Shown here one piece after another: positions 11,816 to 25,779 of a stretch of 64,000 nt of DNA. The DNA comes from Podarcis vaucheri (Eukaryota). The position numbers and the translations under genes are program-made. Below the pieces are notes generated by a model. It did no database searches, was not told the DNA's origin, and saw nothing but the letters and a program-made list of their open reading frames with translations. Each line of letters begins with the position of its first letter. Position 1 is the stretch's first letter. The stretch lies in assembly GCA_965113315.1 (NCBI GenBank), contig OZ220372.1; one strand, written 5' to 3'.

Positions 11816-13347
11816 AAGGAGACATAGCCTCCTTGATTTCTTTTGGCCTGGCTGGAATGTATCCTTGAATTCTGATAATGCCTCTTGCTTGCCTGAATGG
11901 GGGACAGAGAGGGTGTAAAAAGGGGGAGGAACTACAACCATTGCTGTGCTCACTTTTACCTCAGGCCCCATCCTCTACTGGCATATGGTCCCTAAGGGAA
12001 TGTGGCCCTTGTTTTAAGCAATCCATGGTTCCTTGTGCACTTGGCAAAATCCAGCCCCATTGACATGACTGCGGTTGAGAAAGGATTGTGCCTGCTGCCG
12101 TCCTCCAGGACCTCCACACAATAATTGACATGCCTGAGAAAGGCATACATTATGTCCAAACTGTGCAGTGGGGGAGGGACTCAAGGTTGCGCACTTCTGA
12201 TCATTCGCTGAGTGCAAGCATTTCTGCTAGCCAGTTCCCCTTCTCCTCCTCTTGCTCACTGTTCTGGGGGTTCTTCCGACACTCCAGAGTGGATTTAAGG
12301 GAAGGGGGACACATGAGGGGAGGAGAGAAAGCCCAATGGCATTAGCGGGAGCCGTTGCACTGGCTTCCACTGGCACGGTGGGTTAGTTGAAACTGGACCA
12401 TAATCTGTATCCTGGGGATGCACAGCCTCTGTGTGGACATCAGAGACAGGACCAGGAAGTACCATTTCAAGCCGTCTCTCCCCCACCCCCATCCATTGTA
12501 CACACCATGTTCTGTGCACATGCTGTGTTTTAAGACACTGAGCAGCTGTTTGGTTTGATAATGGCTGTGTAAAATCATGTAGTAATTGCTTTTTTTTGTT
12601 CTTTTGACATTGCTGTGGTACAAGATCGCTCATAAGAAACAAAACCTCCCTGCTCAGCTGAGGCTACTGCTGTTTCCCTCCCCCCCTCCCTTTAGCGTCC
12701 CCATTTAGAGCAGAAGAAAAACAGAGACATCTGCAACTCTTGAAGGATCAAAGGCGAGGAAGAGGATTGAAGGTATATGAGAAGTATAAATTTCACCTTT
12801 TTGTTTTATCCTGTGCTAATTAAGGGCTGGGGATCCAAGCCTCGTCTGGTGCCATGAAAGGCTCTTACGTGTGTAACTAGGATACATGCTACTGCGTGAT
12901 TATACATATATCAAATTGGGGTGGGGAATTTATTCTTTGGTGATTAATGCTGTTATCTGTAGAATGCACGGTCGACAAATCTGGTGCAGACGGCCTATTA
13001 CTCAAAATATGACTTCGTTCAACTAAGAAGGTGCTGTGAAACATGAAACAGTTTCCTGCAGTGGTGCCATCAGGTGTAGGATTCTGGGGCACAAGCTGAC
13101 TAGAATGAGCAGGAAGGTGCCCCCCCAATGCATTGGGGTGGCATACTACATTTTGAAATAAGTGGAAGCTGTAAGAACATAAGGTATAGTCTAAAATTAT
13201 GTAAAAATGCCCCTGGTTTCAAAGAGCACCATCAAGCAGCTGCCCAAACTATGCTTTGGAAGAAATGAAACTCACACTTCTTCTTACAATAGAGATTATC
13301 TCAGAAAGAAAAGGGGGGGATGCATGAAATGGCCCGTATTGGCTGTA

Positions 13348-13597
13348 CAGTCGTACCTTGGTTGTTGAACGGAATCCATTCCAGAATCTGTTCAACTTCT
13401 GAAAACGTTCAGAAACCAAGGCAAGGCTTCCAATTGGCTCCAGGAGCTTCAGGCACTCAATCGGAAGCCACGGAAGCTGTGTCAGACGTTTGGCTTCCAA
13501 AGAACATTCACAAACCGGAACACTCAATTCCAGGTTTGTGGCGTTCAGGAGCCAAAACGGATAAGTACCAAGGCGTTTGACAACTAAGGTGTGACTC
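13348..13597. mobile_element. Tigger-like MITE
   Basis: ta|cagtcgtaccttggttg ... caactaaggtgtgactc|ta. Confidence 0.75.
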
Positions 13598-13601
13598 TAC
13601 A

Positions 13602-14253
13602 TGTTATTTGACTTATGCTGGTGAAAGTAAAGATCAGGCATGGATGTGATCTGTGTAGAAAAGTATGGCTAAGTATGAATCTTTAATTCAGTGGCTTTCT
13701 GGTTACACAGTTAGAGTTTTGAGGAGGGAGCGTTAAGTAGTATGCCAGACCCCTCTAATCCCTGGATCCAGCAAGTGTTAACAGCTAATCAAGACTTCTA
13801 ATTCCTGGAATAGTCAAGCTAGTTTACCGGTGAGGTAATGGGGAATTAAGGGGCTCTGTGTGAGATGAAGAATGGGTGGGGCCCCCTCCCTTAACAGACA
13901 AAGTCTGTTTTCTCCAAAGTTGGAGAAAAGAGTTGCAGTGATGTAGGACAGATGTAAAACAGCAAGCTGGGAGAAGGCAGAGAGACAGAGCAATGTTTGA
14001 TGTCTGTTTGAATCCAAGGCTGCAGCTATGGGAGAAATAAGATGCATTTGGGGTGTTGATGTTTGTGAACCCCTCCATCGTAGGCTCAGGTTTTATATGT
14101 GTGTAAATAAGCCATATATCATAAAGACACCACAGTCTCTGCTGTGCCTCATTCCAAAATGGAGCATGAACTCTGGAATCTCATATCACTTGGAAACTGG
14201 AGTGGTGTCAGATACTAAAATCCACATGTCCCCCACCCAGCTGGTTGGCTACA
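13602..14253 (+). mobile_element. Possible degraded solo LTR
   Basis: TG...CA bounded, with a U5-like block taaataagccatatatcataaagacaccacagtctc. No TSD found. Confidence 0.3.
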
Positions 14254-14659
14254 TCAATAAAGCTGCAATTCTATGCACGTTTACCTGGGAGCAAGCCTCA
14301 TAGAACTCAATAGGAATTACTTCCAAATAGCTTTTCTGCTGCAAATGTGTTTTCTGCATATGAGCACAATGAACACTGTAACTTTCGAAAGGCCCATGTG
14401 CATCTATAAATATACTTGTATTAAGATACGAATAGCATACTCTTGAATAGGAAATATACACCTGTAAAACACAGCCCAGTTTCTGATGCAAATTAACGTC
14501 TCTCCCCTTTGAATGTTGCCACCATATCTGTGGTTTGGCAAGCACACTGCAAACATATTTGCCATCTAAACTGAGTGTCCATGAAGTGTCTCTAGTATAA
14601 AAGGGAAGAGATGGTATAGAAATCTGAGAGAAGATCCCTTGTTCCTCCAGGCTGAGTTG

Positions 14660-15060
14660 GATTACTGAGATGTCATATGTGGGCCTGCTATTACAGACTG
14701 TTAACTAACCTGCACTTAGTTCAAAATATGACTGTCAGGCTGTTGTCAGGATCATATTTCACCTGTGCTGAATCAGCTTTATTAGCTCCCAGTCTGTTTT
14801 CAATTCAAACTACTGTGCTGATCTTACGATGTCTTGGATTCCTGAATGCCTCTGGGATGATTTTCACCTGCATCAGTCTGTTTGTCCAAAGATCATTATG
14901 TGAGGCTTTCATCCAGGTGCCTCCACCTTCTAAATTAAGTCTGCTAGTAATCCTAGAGAGAGAGTTTGGGGCTGTGGCACTTCACTTTTGAAATGCTTTT
15001 CCCAGGGAGGCCCACCTGGCACTAACGTTGTCATTTGGTACCAGGTAGGCAGAGCCAGAG
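14660..15060 (+). mobile_element. Old L2 LINE fragment
   Basis: Degenerate LVQN..VRLLSG and tgaaatgcttttcccagggaggcccacctggc terminal motifs. Confidence 0.55.
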
Positions 15061-15550
15061 ACAAAAGTGTTCTGAATTAACCAAAGAGGCATTAAGACTA
15101 CTCTACTGCCATTTTCACCATGGCTTCTGAGATTAGAATTCTCAGAATCCCCACTGGGATTGACAGGGCTGCTCTCAAATAAATACACAGTGGTGGTGTT
15201 GTTTTTAAAAAGTGCAACATACCAATACAGACAACCATTTTGGAAAGCAAGTGAAAACAATTCCTTTCTGACTGTAGCATGCCAGAGAGAAAGAGAAGTG
15301 TAACAATTTGTGCTCCTACAGCTGTAGGAAATGCTTGAACCTCAAACCTAGGAAAATGTTTTTTTTAAAAAAACAACAACATCAATTTATTTTAAATCAA
15401 ATAAAATATTGTCCCTTTCGGTTATTTTGAAACTGCACTGAAGTAGGGAGAAAAACTAAAACAATAATAATGAGGTGGAGAAACAAGCAGGAAGGGACTC
15501 TGATAGGATGGGGAAATGGGGCTTCATAAGGAGGCATAAGGAGTGGCATA

Positions 15551-16212
15551 CTACTACTACTACTAATAATAATATTATAATAATTTTTATTTATACCCCA
15601 CCCTCCGCAGCCAATGCCAGGCTTAGGGCGGCTAACAAGCAATAATAAAAACAAGTTGAATGAATACAACTTAAAAACAAGATTAAAATACAACATTAAA
15701 ATATTGAAACATTAAAATATTAAAATGTAGCCTCATTGCAGGAGAAGGAAAAGAAAAAAGAAAATGGGGGGGGGAGGGAATCAAATTGGCTCCAAGCCAA
15801 AGGCCAGGCGGAACAACTCTGTCTTACAGGCCCTGCAGAAAGAAATCAGATCCTGCAGGGCCCTGGTCTCATGAGACAGAGCGTTCCACCAGGCTGGAGC
15901 CAGTGTTGAAAAGGCCCTGGCTCTGGTTGAAGCTAATCTAACTTCCTTAGGGCCCGGGACCACTAGGGTGTTGCTATTTATGGACCTTGAGGCTCTCCGT
16001 GGGGCATACCGGGAGAGGCGGTCCCGTAGGTACAAGGGTCCTAGGCCATGAAGGGCTTTAAAGGTCAAAAGCAGCACCTTAAATCTGACCCTGTACTCCA
16101 CCGGGAGCCAGTGCAGCTGGAAAAGCACTGGGTGAATATGCTCCCATGGCAGAGATTCCGTGAGGAGCCTTGCTGCTGCATTCTGCACCCGCTGGAGTTT
16201 CTGGGACAGCTT
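15551..16212 (-). mobile_element. L2 LINE 3' fragment
   Basis: ORF 15781-16188 reads QNAAARLLT..HIHPVLFQLHWLPVEYRVRFKVLLLTFKALHGLGP, the L2 ORF2 C-terminus. Simple-repeat tail. Confidence 0.9.
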
Positions 16213-16628
16213 GTGGGCCCTATGTGGCCTTCAGAACTCAAGTTGCCCACCGATGAAGCAGGTATCACTCTGGAAGGTGCACCAATTGGCTGGCTCAGAA
16301 GCACCTTTATATTTTCATGCTTGGTCATATGTCTGCACTACCCCACCCAATTCTCAGTATACAGCCTGCAGCAGGTGTTACAAGATAGTGCAAATCTCCT
16401 GCACAGTGCATGGTGGCAGCAGAAAGGGAAACCCCCTTTCCCTCCCCTTTAGATCTTCCTCCTTACATTGTCTCAACGTGTTTACGGCTCATCTTGAGGA
16501 CATCTTTTGTAGACATGCCCTCCAGTCTGGCCTTTACATTTGCTGGGGTGAAGGACAAGGCCAACATGGCACCAAGATGCAGGTCTCCATCTCATGATGT
16601 TCCACTCAGCCTTTCTGATGATGTAGGA

Positions 16629-16878
16629 CATGGGTAGGCAAACTAAGGCCCGGGGGCCTGATCCGGTCCAATCGCCTTCTAAATCCGGCCCATGGACAGT
16701 CCAGGAATCAGCGTGTTTTTACATGAGTAGAATGTGTCCTTTTACTTAAAATGCATCTCTGGGTTATTTGTGGGGCATAGGAATTGGTTCATTTCCCCTC
16801 AAAAAATATAGTCCAGCCCCCCACAAGGTCTGAGGGACAGTGGACCGGCCCCCTGCTGAAAAAGTTTGCTTACCCCTG
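16629..16878. mobile_element. hAT (OC1-like) MITE, intact 250 bp
   Basis: TIR catgggtaggcaaact / agtttgcttacccctg. Perfect TSD ATGTAGGA (16621-8, 16879-86). Confidence 0.9.
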
Positions 16879-19321
16879 ATGTAGGATTATTGAAGTCATA
16901 TTGGAGTTTTGAATGCCAGCAGGGAAAAATATCCTTCCACAATTGATCTTTATTTGCAAAAGAAGTTAGTGCTATACAGTATTTCACCTTGAATTTAACC
17001 AGTGGTATAAAGTTATTTTTATTTGAAGCAAGCCCAGTGCAGATCAGTGGAGGAGAGATTAAACAGCTGAAATAATCTGATACTCTTTTCAGCATGCAAT
17101 TGGCAAAGCTCTTTTGCTTTGATTTTAATCTAAGCCTATACAGACCTATATTAAAACACAGGCATTAAATCAGCAAGCAGTTCAGAATTTGTGACTACGG
17201 CAAATATATTTACAAAAAAAAGAGTACAGCATTAGACATCACCATTAATAGCGGCAGTGAACATTTTATAGTAGTCATATAGAACCACCATTCTCCTTTC
17301 TCAACCTTCACTCTATATTAACTGGACAGCTTACTCAGGCTTTGCTTCTCTGAATGTTTAAGGCATGTGAGCTTTAGCACTCTGTGGACTCGGAACAGCT
17401 GTGGTGTGGTTTAATAGCTGCCCCACAGATACAAATCCCATTGACCTCAATAAAGTGAAACTTAAAGTCAAAGTTAACCATTAAATGCTATGGATCGAGC
17501 TGGTGCCACAAAAGTGTGTTTTTCGATGCATTTCTAGATTCTTAGCCTCAGCCCTTCCTTAAAGTTTCTTGAGTTGCAATCCCTAAGCACATTACTCAGA
17601 AGTAACAGAACACAGTGGGGGACTGAACACGCAGAGCACTGCACTGCTAGGCTGTGATTTTATGCACCTTTTTCTGCGGTAAGATCTGCTGAATGAAGTG
17701 AGACTTGACTTCCGAGTAAGCATGCATCATATTGCATTGTTTCTTTTTCTCTGGTTAGCTAAGCCTTATATCTAGGCTCCCTGGTTTCCAACATCCTCAG
17801 GTGTGTTGTTGTGTACAGTGTCTTTTCTCTCAGATAATTCTCCACATCTTTTCTAATCGCTCATCAGCTTCTCTCTCATCTGAAAAAAAAATGCAAGCAA
17901 CTAAATAAACGAATTAGCAGATGCCCTAACAATTTAAACATCTTCCTAGGGTGCTTCTAAACACAACAACTTTTAATTTTTATTGATGGCAATCCTTATG
18001 AACCTGTTGATGGTGCCTGATTTCGAATATACAAAAGCCACAGACAGTTGCAGACTTTGTTACCTTAGATTAGAATGACATCGCTGGGTTTAAGATTTGT
18101 TTATGGTCTGTGTGTGCATGTGAATACACTGGGGAAGAACGTTTAATCTTTACTGAAAAATATACTGATGAAAACATTCACTCCTGGTCAACGGAAAGAA
18201 AGAAAAGATTTCAAAGCAAGATCGTTGCCCTCCTCTAATATTGCATGCTTTTATTCTGGGCAAAAAGTATAAGCGATAATTCACCATAGAAGGCAATGGC
18301 CGAGGTCTTGTTTATACACTGTAGCTTTGATGTTGCTTGTGACAGTTTGTAAGGCTTGTGCTGTTGTTAATATCTGCTCAACCCCACTTAAAATTGCAGC
18401 CAGTGTATAAGCAAAGCCACTGCTTACACCGTGGTGGTCCTTGACAGAACAAAAGCAGATCATACCAGACATGCTTAATCTCTGACAAACTAATTGGCTT
18501 AGTAAAGATGTTGTCTTCTTGCATTATATCTTGGGTTTTCCACCATGCTCATCCACATTATTATAATGCTTTCGAATCGTTGATTTCAAGAAACTGCTAT
18601 AAGATTTGTGGCCCATTGGTGGGAAAGGTAAATGGCTTGAAATCAAATTAGAAAGTGTTATCCAATTACATTCCACTAGGCCCGTCTGAGTCAGTGCTAG
18701 GATTGCTTTTGTTCAGTGGTTTGGTTTTTTTTAATCAGCGATTTAGATTGCACTTGCCATAAAACTTTGGTATTGCAAAATAAAGAGATGCTTAAAACAG
18801 ACTGAGATCAGAGCTAAACACTGTTAAATGATTTCAGTAAATGGGTGAGCTGGGCAGCTCGCAGCAAAATGAAATTTCCACGCGAACTCTGACTTGTTGT
18901 ATACAAAAATAAAAGCATGTATGTTTTAGGTGATGATAACTGCCCGAGAAGCAGCATTTTCAAATTATCAAAAGGAGCAGTGCTCAAGCTATTTTTTTGT
19001 CACTAGTAAAATTGGAAAACCTTGTTAAAAGCTATTGACAAGCTGAAAATAGTTTCTTCTACCCAAATAATCACGTGGCTAAAGGAAAAATCCAATAGGA
19101 TTTCCAGGCTAAAGGAACTGAATGTGTTTTGCCTAGAGAAAAGAGAATGTGTGCTTTAGTGCTGATGGTGGAATGAGGGGCATGGGCAGAATATGCGGGC
19201 CAATATTTCAGGATTTGAAATAATGCATTTTTAAAAAGGATCCCAGGAAGAAGAGGGAGGAAACACTGGTTAATTTAACCTGATCACAAGGAATGAGACA
19301 AGGAATGGTTTAAGGCAGGTA

Positions 19322-19667
19322 AAGGTAAAGGTATCCCTGACCATTAGGTCCAGTCACAGACGACTCTGGGGTTGCAGCACTCATCACACTTTACTGGCCA
19401 AGGGAGCCGGCATACAGCTTCCGGGTCATGTGGCCAGCATGACTGAGCCGCTTCTGGTGAACCAGAGCAGCGCACAGAAACACATTTACCTTCCCGCTGG
19501 AGTGGTACCTATTTATCTACTTGCACTTTGACATGCTTTCAAACTACTAGGTTGGCAGGAGAAGGGACCAAGCAATGGGAGCTCACCTTGTCGCAGGGAT
19601 TCAAACCGCCGACCTTCTGATTGGCAAGTCCTAGGCTCTGTGGTTTAACCCACAGCGCCACCTGTGT
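19322..19667 (-). mobile_element. Sauria SINE
   Basis: tRNA-like head gtggcgctgtgggttaaacc, BovB-type tail (accttt)n, TSD GGCAGGTA. Sits within degraded CR1 sequence. Confidence 0.9.
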
Positions 19668-20578
19668 GGCAGGTAGGCTAGTTTAAATTACAGGTAAGAA
19701 GACCTTTGGGGACTTTAAGAGCAGTTTAAATTATCATTTAAAATTTAAAAAGAGCAGTGCAGCAATTTAACACACTGTTTAGGAGTGTGATGGGATCTAG
19801 TTCCTGATAGGTTTGAGGAAAATATTGAAGGTAGATTCCACTAGTCCTGTGACCTATATAAACAAAAAATTCTGGTACACGTACTCCCATAGATCTCCTG
19901 GTTGGGATGAAAGGGACTTCCGAGTAGTTGCACCCAGATTGTGGAACACATTGCCCTCTGAAGTGCAGCCAGCCATCTCTTGAAAGAATAATCTAGAGGA
20001 CTGCATTTAACCCTAGGCCTAAGGTTCATCACTCCTTGTATGTGGGGAAATCTGGCGGAATTTGGAGCATGGCAAGAGATGAGTGGGGCTCAGTTAAAAC
20101 GATAGTCTCTTGTGAATTAATCTCAAATGCTACACCCAGTTTAGTAAACAATTTGACCTTACACTGGATCCTTGTGCTCTTTTCAACATTTGTAAATTAC
20201 TTCTGGTTCACCTACCCTTTTCCCAGAAGACATCATCATATGGTATGTCATTTCCTCATTCTTCTTTGAGTTTCTATGCATCTCAGTACTTTGTTCTTGC
20301 TCATGGAATTAATTATGTGAATCTTTCCATGTCTTCTTTACTTGACACCTACCTCAGGTTACACTTCAGAGCAGGAAGCACTTTTGCTTTCAGCAGGAGA
20401 CTGGCAGCACTAATCCTATACATGTTGACTCAAAATAAGGTCTCACTAAGCTGAATGGAGTTTACTTGTGACTTCAGTATAGAGCTCCAGGAACACAAGG
20501 GACGAAGGACATTTGATCCAATGTCATAAAGAGACAAGAAAGAAGTAGACCGGTGTGACTAACCAGTAATCTCTAGAT

Positions 20579-20714
20579 CAGTGTTTCCCAATCTTGCACC
20601 TCCAGCTGTTTTCAGACTACAATTCTCATCATCCTTGACCACTGGTATTGCTAGCTAGAGATGATGGGAATTGTAGTCCAAAAACATCTGGAGACCCAAG
20701 TTTGAAAAATACTG
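20579..20714. mobile_element. Palindromic hAT MITE
   Basis: cagtgtttcccaatctt..gactacaattctcatc / gatgggaattgtagtcc..aagtttgaaaaatactg. Confidence 0.75.
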
Positions 20715-21745
20715 ATGTTGCTGGTCTAAGACTCCCATTATCTGTGACTACTGGAAATGCTGGTGGGAGCTGGATTCCAACACCATCCAGAGGGCCAATG
20801 GTTAGCTACTCCTGAAGCAGACCAAGACCACGCCAGAGGGCAATATATTACAGTGAGCAGCAGCCCACTGCAGCTAGTACCATCTGCCAGTTGTTGTGAA
20901 GTTATAATACGTTTTGTAGCTTCTTCCTCTGAACTGTAGTGGGTCAGGACTTGGGAAGCATAACTGTCAATCACATATAGTTGTTTCTGGGCTGAACAGC
21001 TGGTGAACTATTCCATGTTTGTCAAGGTTGTTCATACTGTCTGCGTAGTTACAGGAATATGTGCTTCACTGAATTGAGGTAATAGTGTTTCAAATTTAGT
21101 CAGTTTCTCTCAATATTTTATATCAAATTTCTACTCATGTCAACAAGCGGAGTACTGATGCCTTGATTTTGAACAGGAACTATTTTATACATTCTGCTAC
21201 ATAGTTACGGCATTGAATAGCAGTTGTTTTGTAAAACTGTATTTATTTTTGTACTTGTCAAACATACTAGAGATGTTAATGATTTTCTCATTATTCAGTT
21301 AATCTCACATTATATTCTGGTCAAATTACTTATTTTGATGGCTGGTGCCATGCTATTTTTATTGTATTTATTTGTATATTTTAAACTGATTTTATATATG
21401 TATATAGTTTTAATTTCATCAATATTTAATTGTTTTTAATGATTGTTTTTTCTGTGTTTTTACTAATTCTAGGTTTTATCTGGAAGATGCCTTGAGCCCC
21501 AACCGGGAAAAAGGTAGGGTATAGATAAGAATATAACAATAATAAATATTACTATGATTATTTAATGTAATAAGGTGATATAAAATAAGCAGAGTTCCAG
21601 ATGCTTTCTACAAGTGCAAAGATGGTTTAAAAAGAACAGGAAAACTCTAATAACTATTTCCAGAGGGCTAGCTGTGTAAGTTTCTTGCACCAACAACAAT
21701 CAGAGACTCTTGTGGCACCTTAAAAGACTAGTCTTGATAGTTCCT

Positions 21746-21793
21746 AAATAAATAAATAAATAAATAAATGAATGAATGAATGAATGAATGAAT
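21746..21793. repeat. (TAAA)n(TGAA)n microsatellite
   Basis: Directly visible. Confidence 0.9.
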
Positions 21794-22610
21794 GCAGTTG
21801 GTTTCATAATCCCACTGATTACAGTATGACTGATTTCACTTATGAATAGCTTCCTAGGAAATATCCTGAAGTGATTAACAATTAAAAACATATATAAATT
21901 CAATCTCAAGTCGATTGCAGTTAAAAACCAGGATAAAAACCTGTACTTATTTAAAAGGCTTGTGGGAAGGTCTTCATCAGGCACTGAAATATAATACAGA
22001 CTGCACCTGTCTGATAGGTAACAAGACAGAGTCCCAAAGAGCACACTAAAAGTCCAATTCCAACACAGTGTGCAACAGACCTGTTGATGCCCCTTTCCTA
22101 GAAACTTTTGAGCCACAAACATTTGCTCTGCAAAGCACAAACAGAGGTACTACTCTTCGGTCTGCTTCACAAGTAGCCAAATTCTTACACAAAAGGCACG
22201 TGTGCCACACAGTGGGAAGCCAGGTCTGTGTGCCATATGACAAGTGTGAAAGGCTATCAAACGTGACGATGTGCATTCAAATCCCTGCAGGGACGGTATA
22301 AATTCATCTAGGAATTTCATCACATCTGAGGAGCCCCATAACTTCTGGGGCAGGAACCTACTGGGAACTATTAAGGCCTCGGTCCTTGGGAAAAGAAAGG
22401 AGATTCTCCCCAGGTTCTACTGTATGGACTGGCCCAGAAAAGAGGACCAAAGTTGTATAATTCAGGTCAAATTCTCGCACAAGGTTCAGCTACTCTTCAC
22501 ATCTCTGACCAGCTTCTATTCAAGCTAGTCACTGTAAGACTCTAAGACCTGATGCCTCAGTTTGCTTTTACCCTCTTCTCTCCCCATCCCCCTTTCGTAT
22601 CGTGTCTTGT

Positions 22611-23103
22611 AGAGCAGAGACATCACCTTGCCAACAAAGGCCCGTATAGTCAAAGCTATGGTTTTCCCAGTAGTGATGTATGGAAGTGAGAGCTGGACCA
22701 TAAAGAAGGCTGATCGCCAAAGAATTGATGCTTTTGAATTATGGTGCTGGAGGAGACTCTTGAGAGTCCCATGGACTGCAAGAAGATCAAACCTATCCAT
22801 TCTGAAGGAAATCAGCCCTGAGTGCTCACTGGAAGGACAGATCGTGAAGCTGAGGCTCCAATACTTTGGCCACCTCATGAGAAGAGAAGACTCCCTGGAA
22901 AAGCCCCTGATGTTGGGAAAGATTGAGGGCACAAGGAGAAGGGGACGACAGAGGACGAGATGGTTGGACAGTGTTCTTGAAGCTACCAGCATGAGTTTGA
23001 CCAAACTGTGGGAGGCAGTGGAAGACAGGAGTGCCTGGCATGCTCTGGTCCATGGGGTCACGAAGAGTCGGACATGACTAAATGACTAAACAACAACAAC
23101 AAC
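22611..23103 (+). mobile_element. BovB (RTE) LINE, 5'-truncated
   Basis: ORF 22628-23077 reads VKAMVFPVVMYGSESWTIKKA..RIDAFELWCWRRLLRVPWTARRSN..LQYFGHLMRR; (CAA)n tail. Confidence 0.95.
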
Positions 23104-23149
23104 ACCACAGTGCAAGCCTACCAACTGTTTTCTTTGTTATTAGTAAGAT

Positions 23150-23430
23150 TGTAAGAATAGCACTACTGCATCTGGCCAGTAGTTCACCTAGTCCAGCATC
23201 CTGTTCTTACAGCAGCCAACCAGATGCCTATGCAAGCAGGATCTTAGTGCAACAGCCTTCTCCTCTGTTGTGGTTTCTAGCACCTGATGTTCAGAAGTAT
23301 GCTGCCTCCAACAGTGGTGGTAGAACATGCCCACCATGTCTAGTAGTCATCAATATGAATATCCTTCATAAATTTGTCTATCCCTCTTTTAAAGGCTTCC
23401 AGGTTTGTGGTCATCACTGCCACCATTTTG
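23150..23430 (-). mobile_element. CR1 LINE 3' fragment
   Basis: gtaagaatagc..ggccagtagttcacctagtccagcatcctg, the reverse CR1 terminus. Confidence 0.55.
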
Positions 23431-24044
23431 TTATCCTGTGTAAGTCTCTTTTGGGAGCCCATTCAGCTGAAGAGCAATGAAAAACGCTTTAAATAAATCC
23501 TGCTCTATTCAATGGGAATAAAGTAATATTTTAAAACATTAATAAATCACCTTACCTATTCTACAAAAGTTGGAGATGTCAGAGATTGAACCTAGGACCT
23601 TCTCCATGCAAAGCATGCCACTGAACTACAACCTCTCAGTTCTACATGTTTGGAAGGAAGTAAACAAAAATATTTCCAATGGCGTAGGTAAATCCTACTT
23701 AAATGCAGAACATGTGCTGAGCTAGTTACATTAAGACACTCTGCTATTTCTGGGTTCTTTAAATAGTGAAACTGTTATTGCTAAATTTCCAAATCCTACA
23801 CAAACCATCCCATTACACCCTACTGAAAAATAAAATCAATTAAGTGTTGCCATGGCACCCTTCAACCTGACAGCTCATACTGGGCTACTACAAATTACCA
23901 TATATGCATAGTGGAAATATTAAATACCATCTGATTTTACCAAGGTGTTAAGTCATGAATAGAGAGAAAGTTACTCTTTAATGGCAGCAATTGTGGGTAT
24001 GCTTGGTAGTGCCTACATCCAGTCTACCTGCTTGATAAATCTCT

Positions 24045-24147
24045 TTTTTGTTTGTTTAGTCGTGTCCGACTCTTCGTGACCCCATGGACCAGAGCACGCC
24101 AGGCACTCCTGTCTTCCACTGCTTCCCGCAGTTTGGTCAGACTCATG
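24045..24147 (-). mobile_element. Very short BovB 3' insertion
   Basis: Reverse complement of the BovB terminus. 13-bp TSD TTGATAAATCTCT (24032-44, 24148-60). Confidence 0.85.
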
Positions 24148-25779
24148 TTGATAAATCTCTAGATCAGCAGAAAATGTGGCTTTGCTGTATTATAAAATTA
24201 ACTCTGCCTATGGACCTAGGAACTCTTGCAAGTCATTAGCTGGAATAACCACACACTGCTATTGTCATGACAAGTTTTACAAAAGTTATATGATGCTGAA
24301 GTAGGGACACCGCATACACATACATGGTTAAACAGTTTTGGATGGCTGGACAAATCCAGATGGCCTGCAAAATTCTACCTAAATCACACATCTATAGTGC
24401 AATAATATTCTACAAAAGTCATGTTAGATTTGTTTCACAATTGTCATTGTAAGAAATGAATATCATTCTCATTTCTGGATGGGAAGGCAATAGTTGGAGA
24501 ACTTCCCCAAATGTCTAGGGCTGTAGTGGAGTTTCCCTGTATCACTATGCACCAGAGCTACTTCAAAAATCACATATTTCCTACATTGATAGCATTTATT
24601 GGCAGATCATGTGTTCCACAGCAAGAGAAGATGAAGCTGCAATTCAGCACCTGGCTGAGGCCTGCAGGGAATTTCCTACATGCAGGTGCTATCTGTATGT
24701 GTGACATGGCTTTTAATCAGATACAAAGGTTCTGATGTAAACATAATTATACCACTCAAACTCAAATAAATCACAAATCTAGACACAAACCTAAACACAC
24801 TTTTTACAGGGTACACGATCTCACTGAACTCAATAGGACTTCTTTCAAAGTATGTTTAGATCTTCTGCATGAACAGATTTAAGTTTTGTATTTTGCACTT
24901 TGTCACCTGTATTAGATCCTTCAGTAGTTAATTTATGCCCTGAAATGTGAAAATTAAATATGCTCCTGTTCTTTCTTTATAAATATGGATTTCACGTAAT
25001 TGTTTTGTTTTTTAAAAAAACAACCCCTTGAGACTATTTTTTATATATTACTCTTTAAAAGTTTATACAGAACAAGAGATGGAAAATACTATAAATGGTA
25101 GTTCAGGGCAACAAACTCTGGATTACAAAAGATTACCTCTGCCCCAATCTTTTTCAATGGATTTACCTTCATACTGGCTCCAAAATGCTGCACACACGAA
25201 CTTTCAGCCAGGTTTGTGGGAAAAGATGATTTGTTAATGTCTCCATTTCAAAATTTTGTTATTGGAACTTTCCTATATATTTTTCCACATGGGAAAATGA
25301 GAGAACTTTATCCTCTAAGAGGTGTCATGGTCTGTTACTCGCTACCGTTCTTTGCTCCACCTTTTCTCTGTAAGGGGGAACAAGGGTGTGTGTATGTCAA
25401 TTTAAACATGTTGGTAGATGACCAAGAACTTAGCCATCCGGTGTTACATGTATCTGTTGCCTCATATAACCTGGGGCACCAGGTGCTAGCACACCAGTTC
25501 CACAGACAAGGCGGTGCTGCACTCAAATGCTATCACTTTATGCACAGGGGCAAAGGACATAACAATGGCAGGGGAATACAATGCCTCATAGGCACATTGC
25601 TTTTGGTTTTTATAGTATCATGTGGAAACGGGCCATAAACTATTTCGGGAGGGTGGGGCTATGGTAGTTGAAAAATGTTGATTCTAACCCCACTTTGTCC
25701 TTACCCCTTCTCCCATGTAGCCACTGCTCACCACTCGCTTTTCTGTGTCACAAGTTATCCTAGGACTTATATCTTAGAC

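Noticed and set aside
21900-21995. Second hammerhead-like CUGAUGA on the minus strand
   Set aside because: No GAAA or helix II/III can be formed; at most a decayed Penelope-like remnant.
22628-23077. 149-aa ORF as a host gene
   Set aside because: It is the BovB ORF C-terminus; the ORFs at 15781, 34927 and 38675 are likewise LINE remnants.
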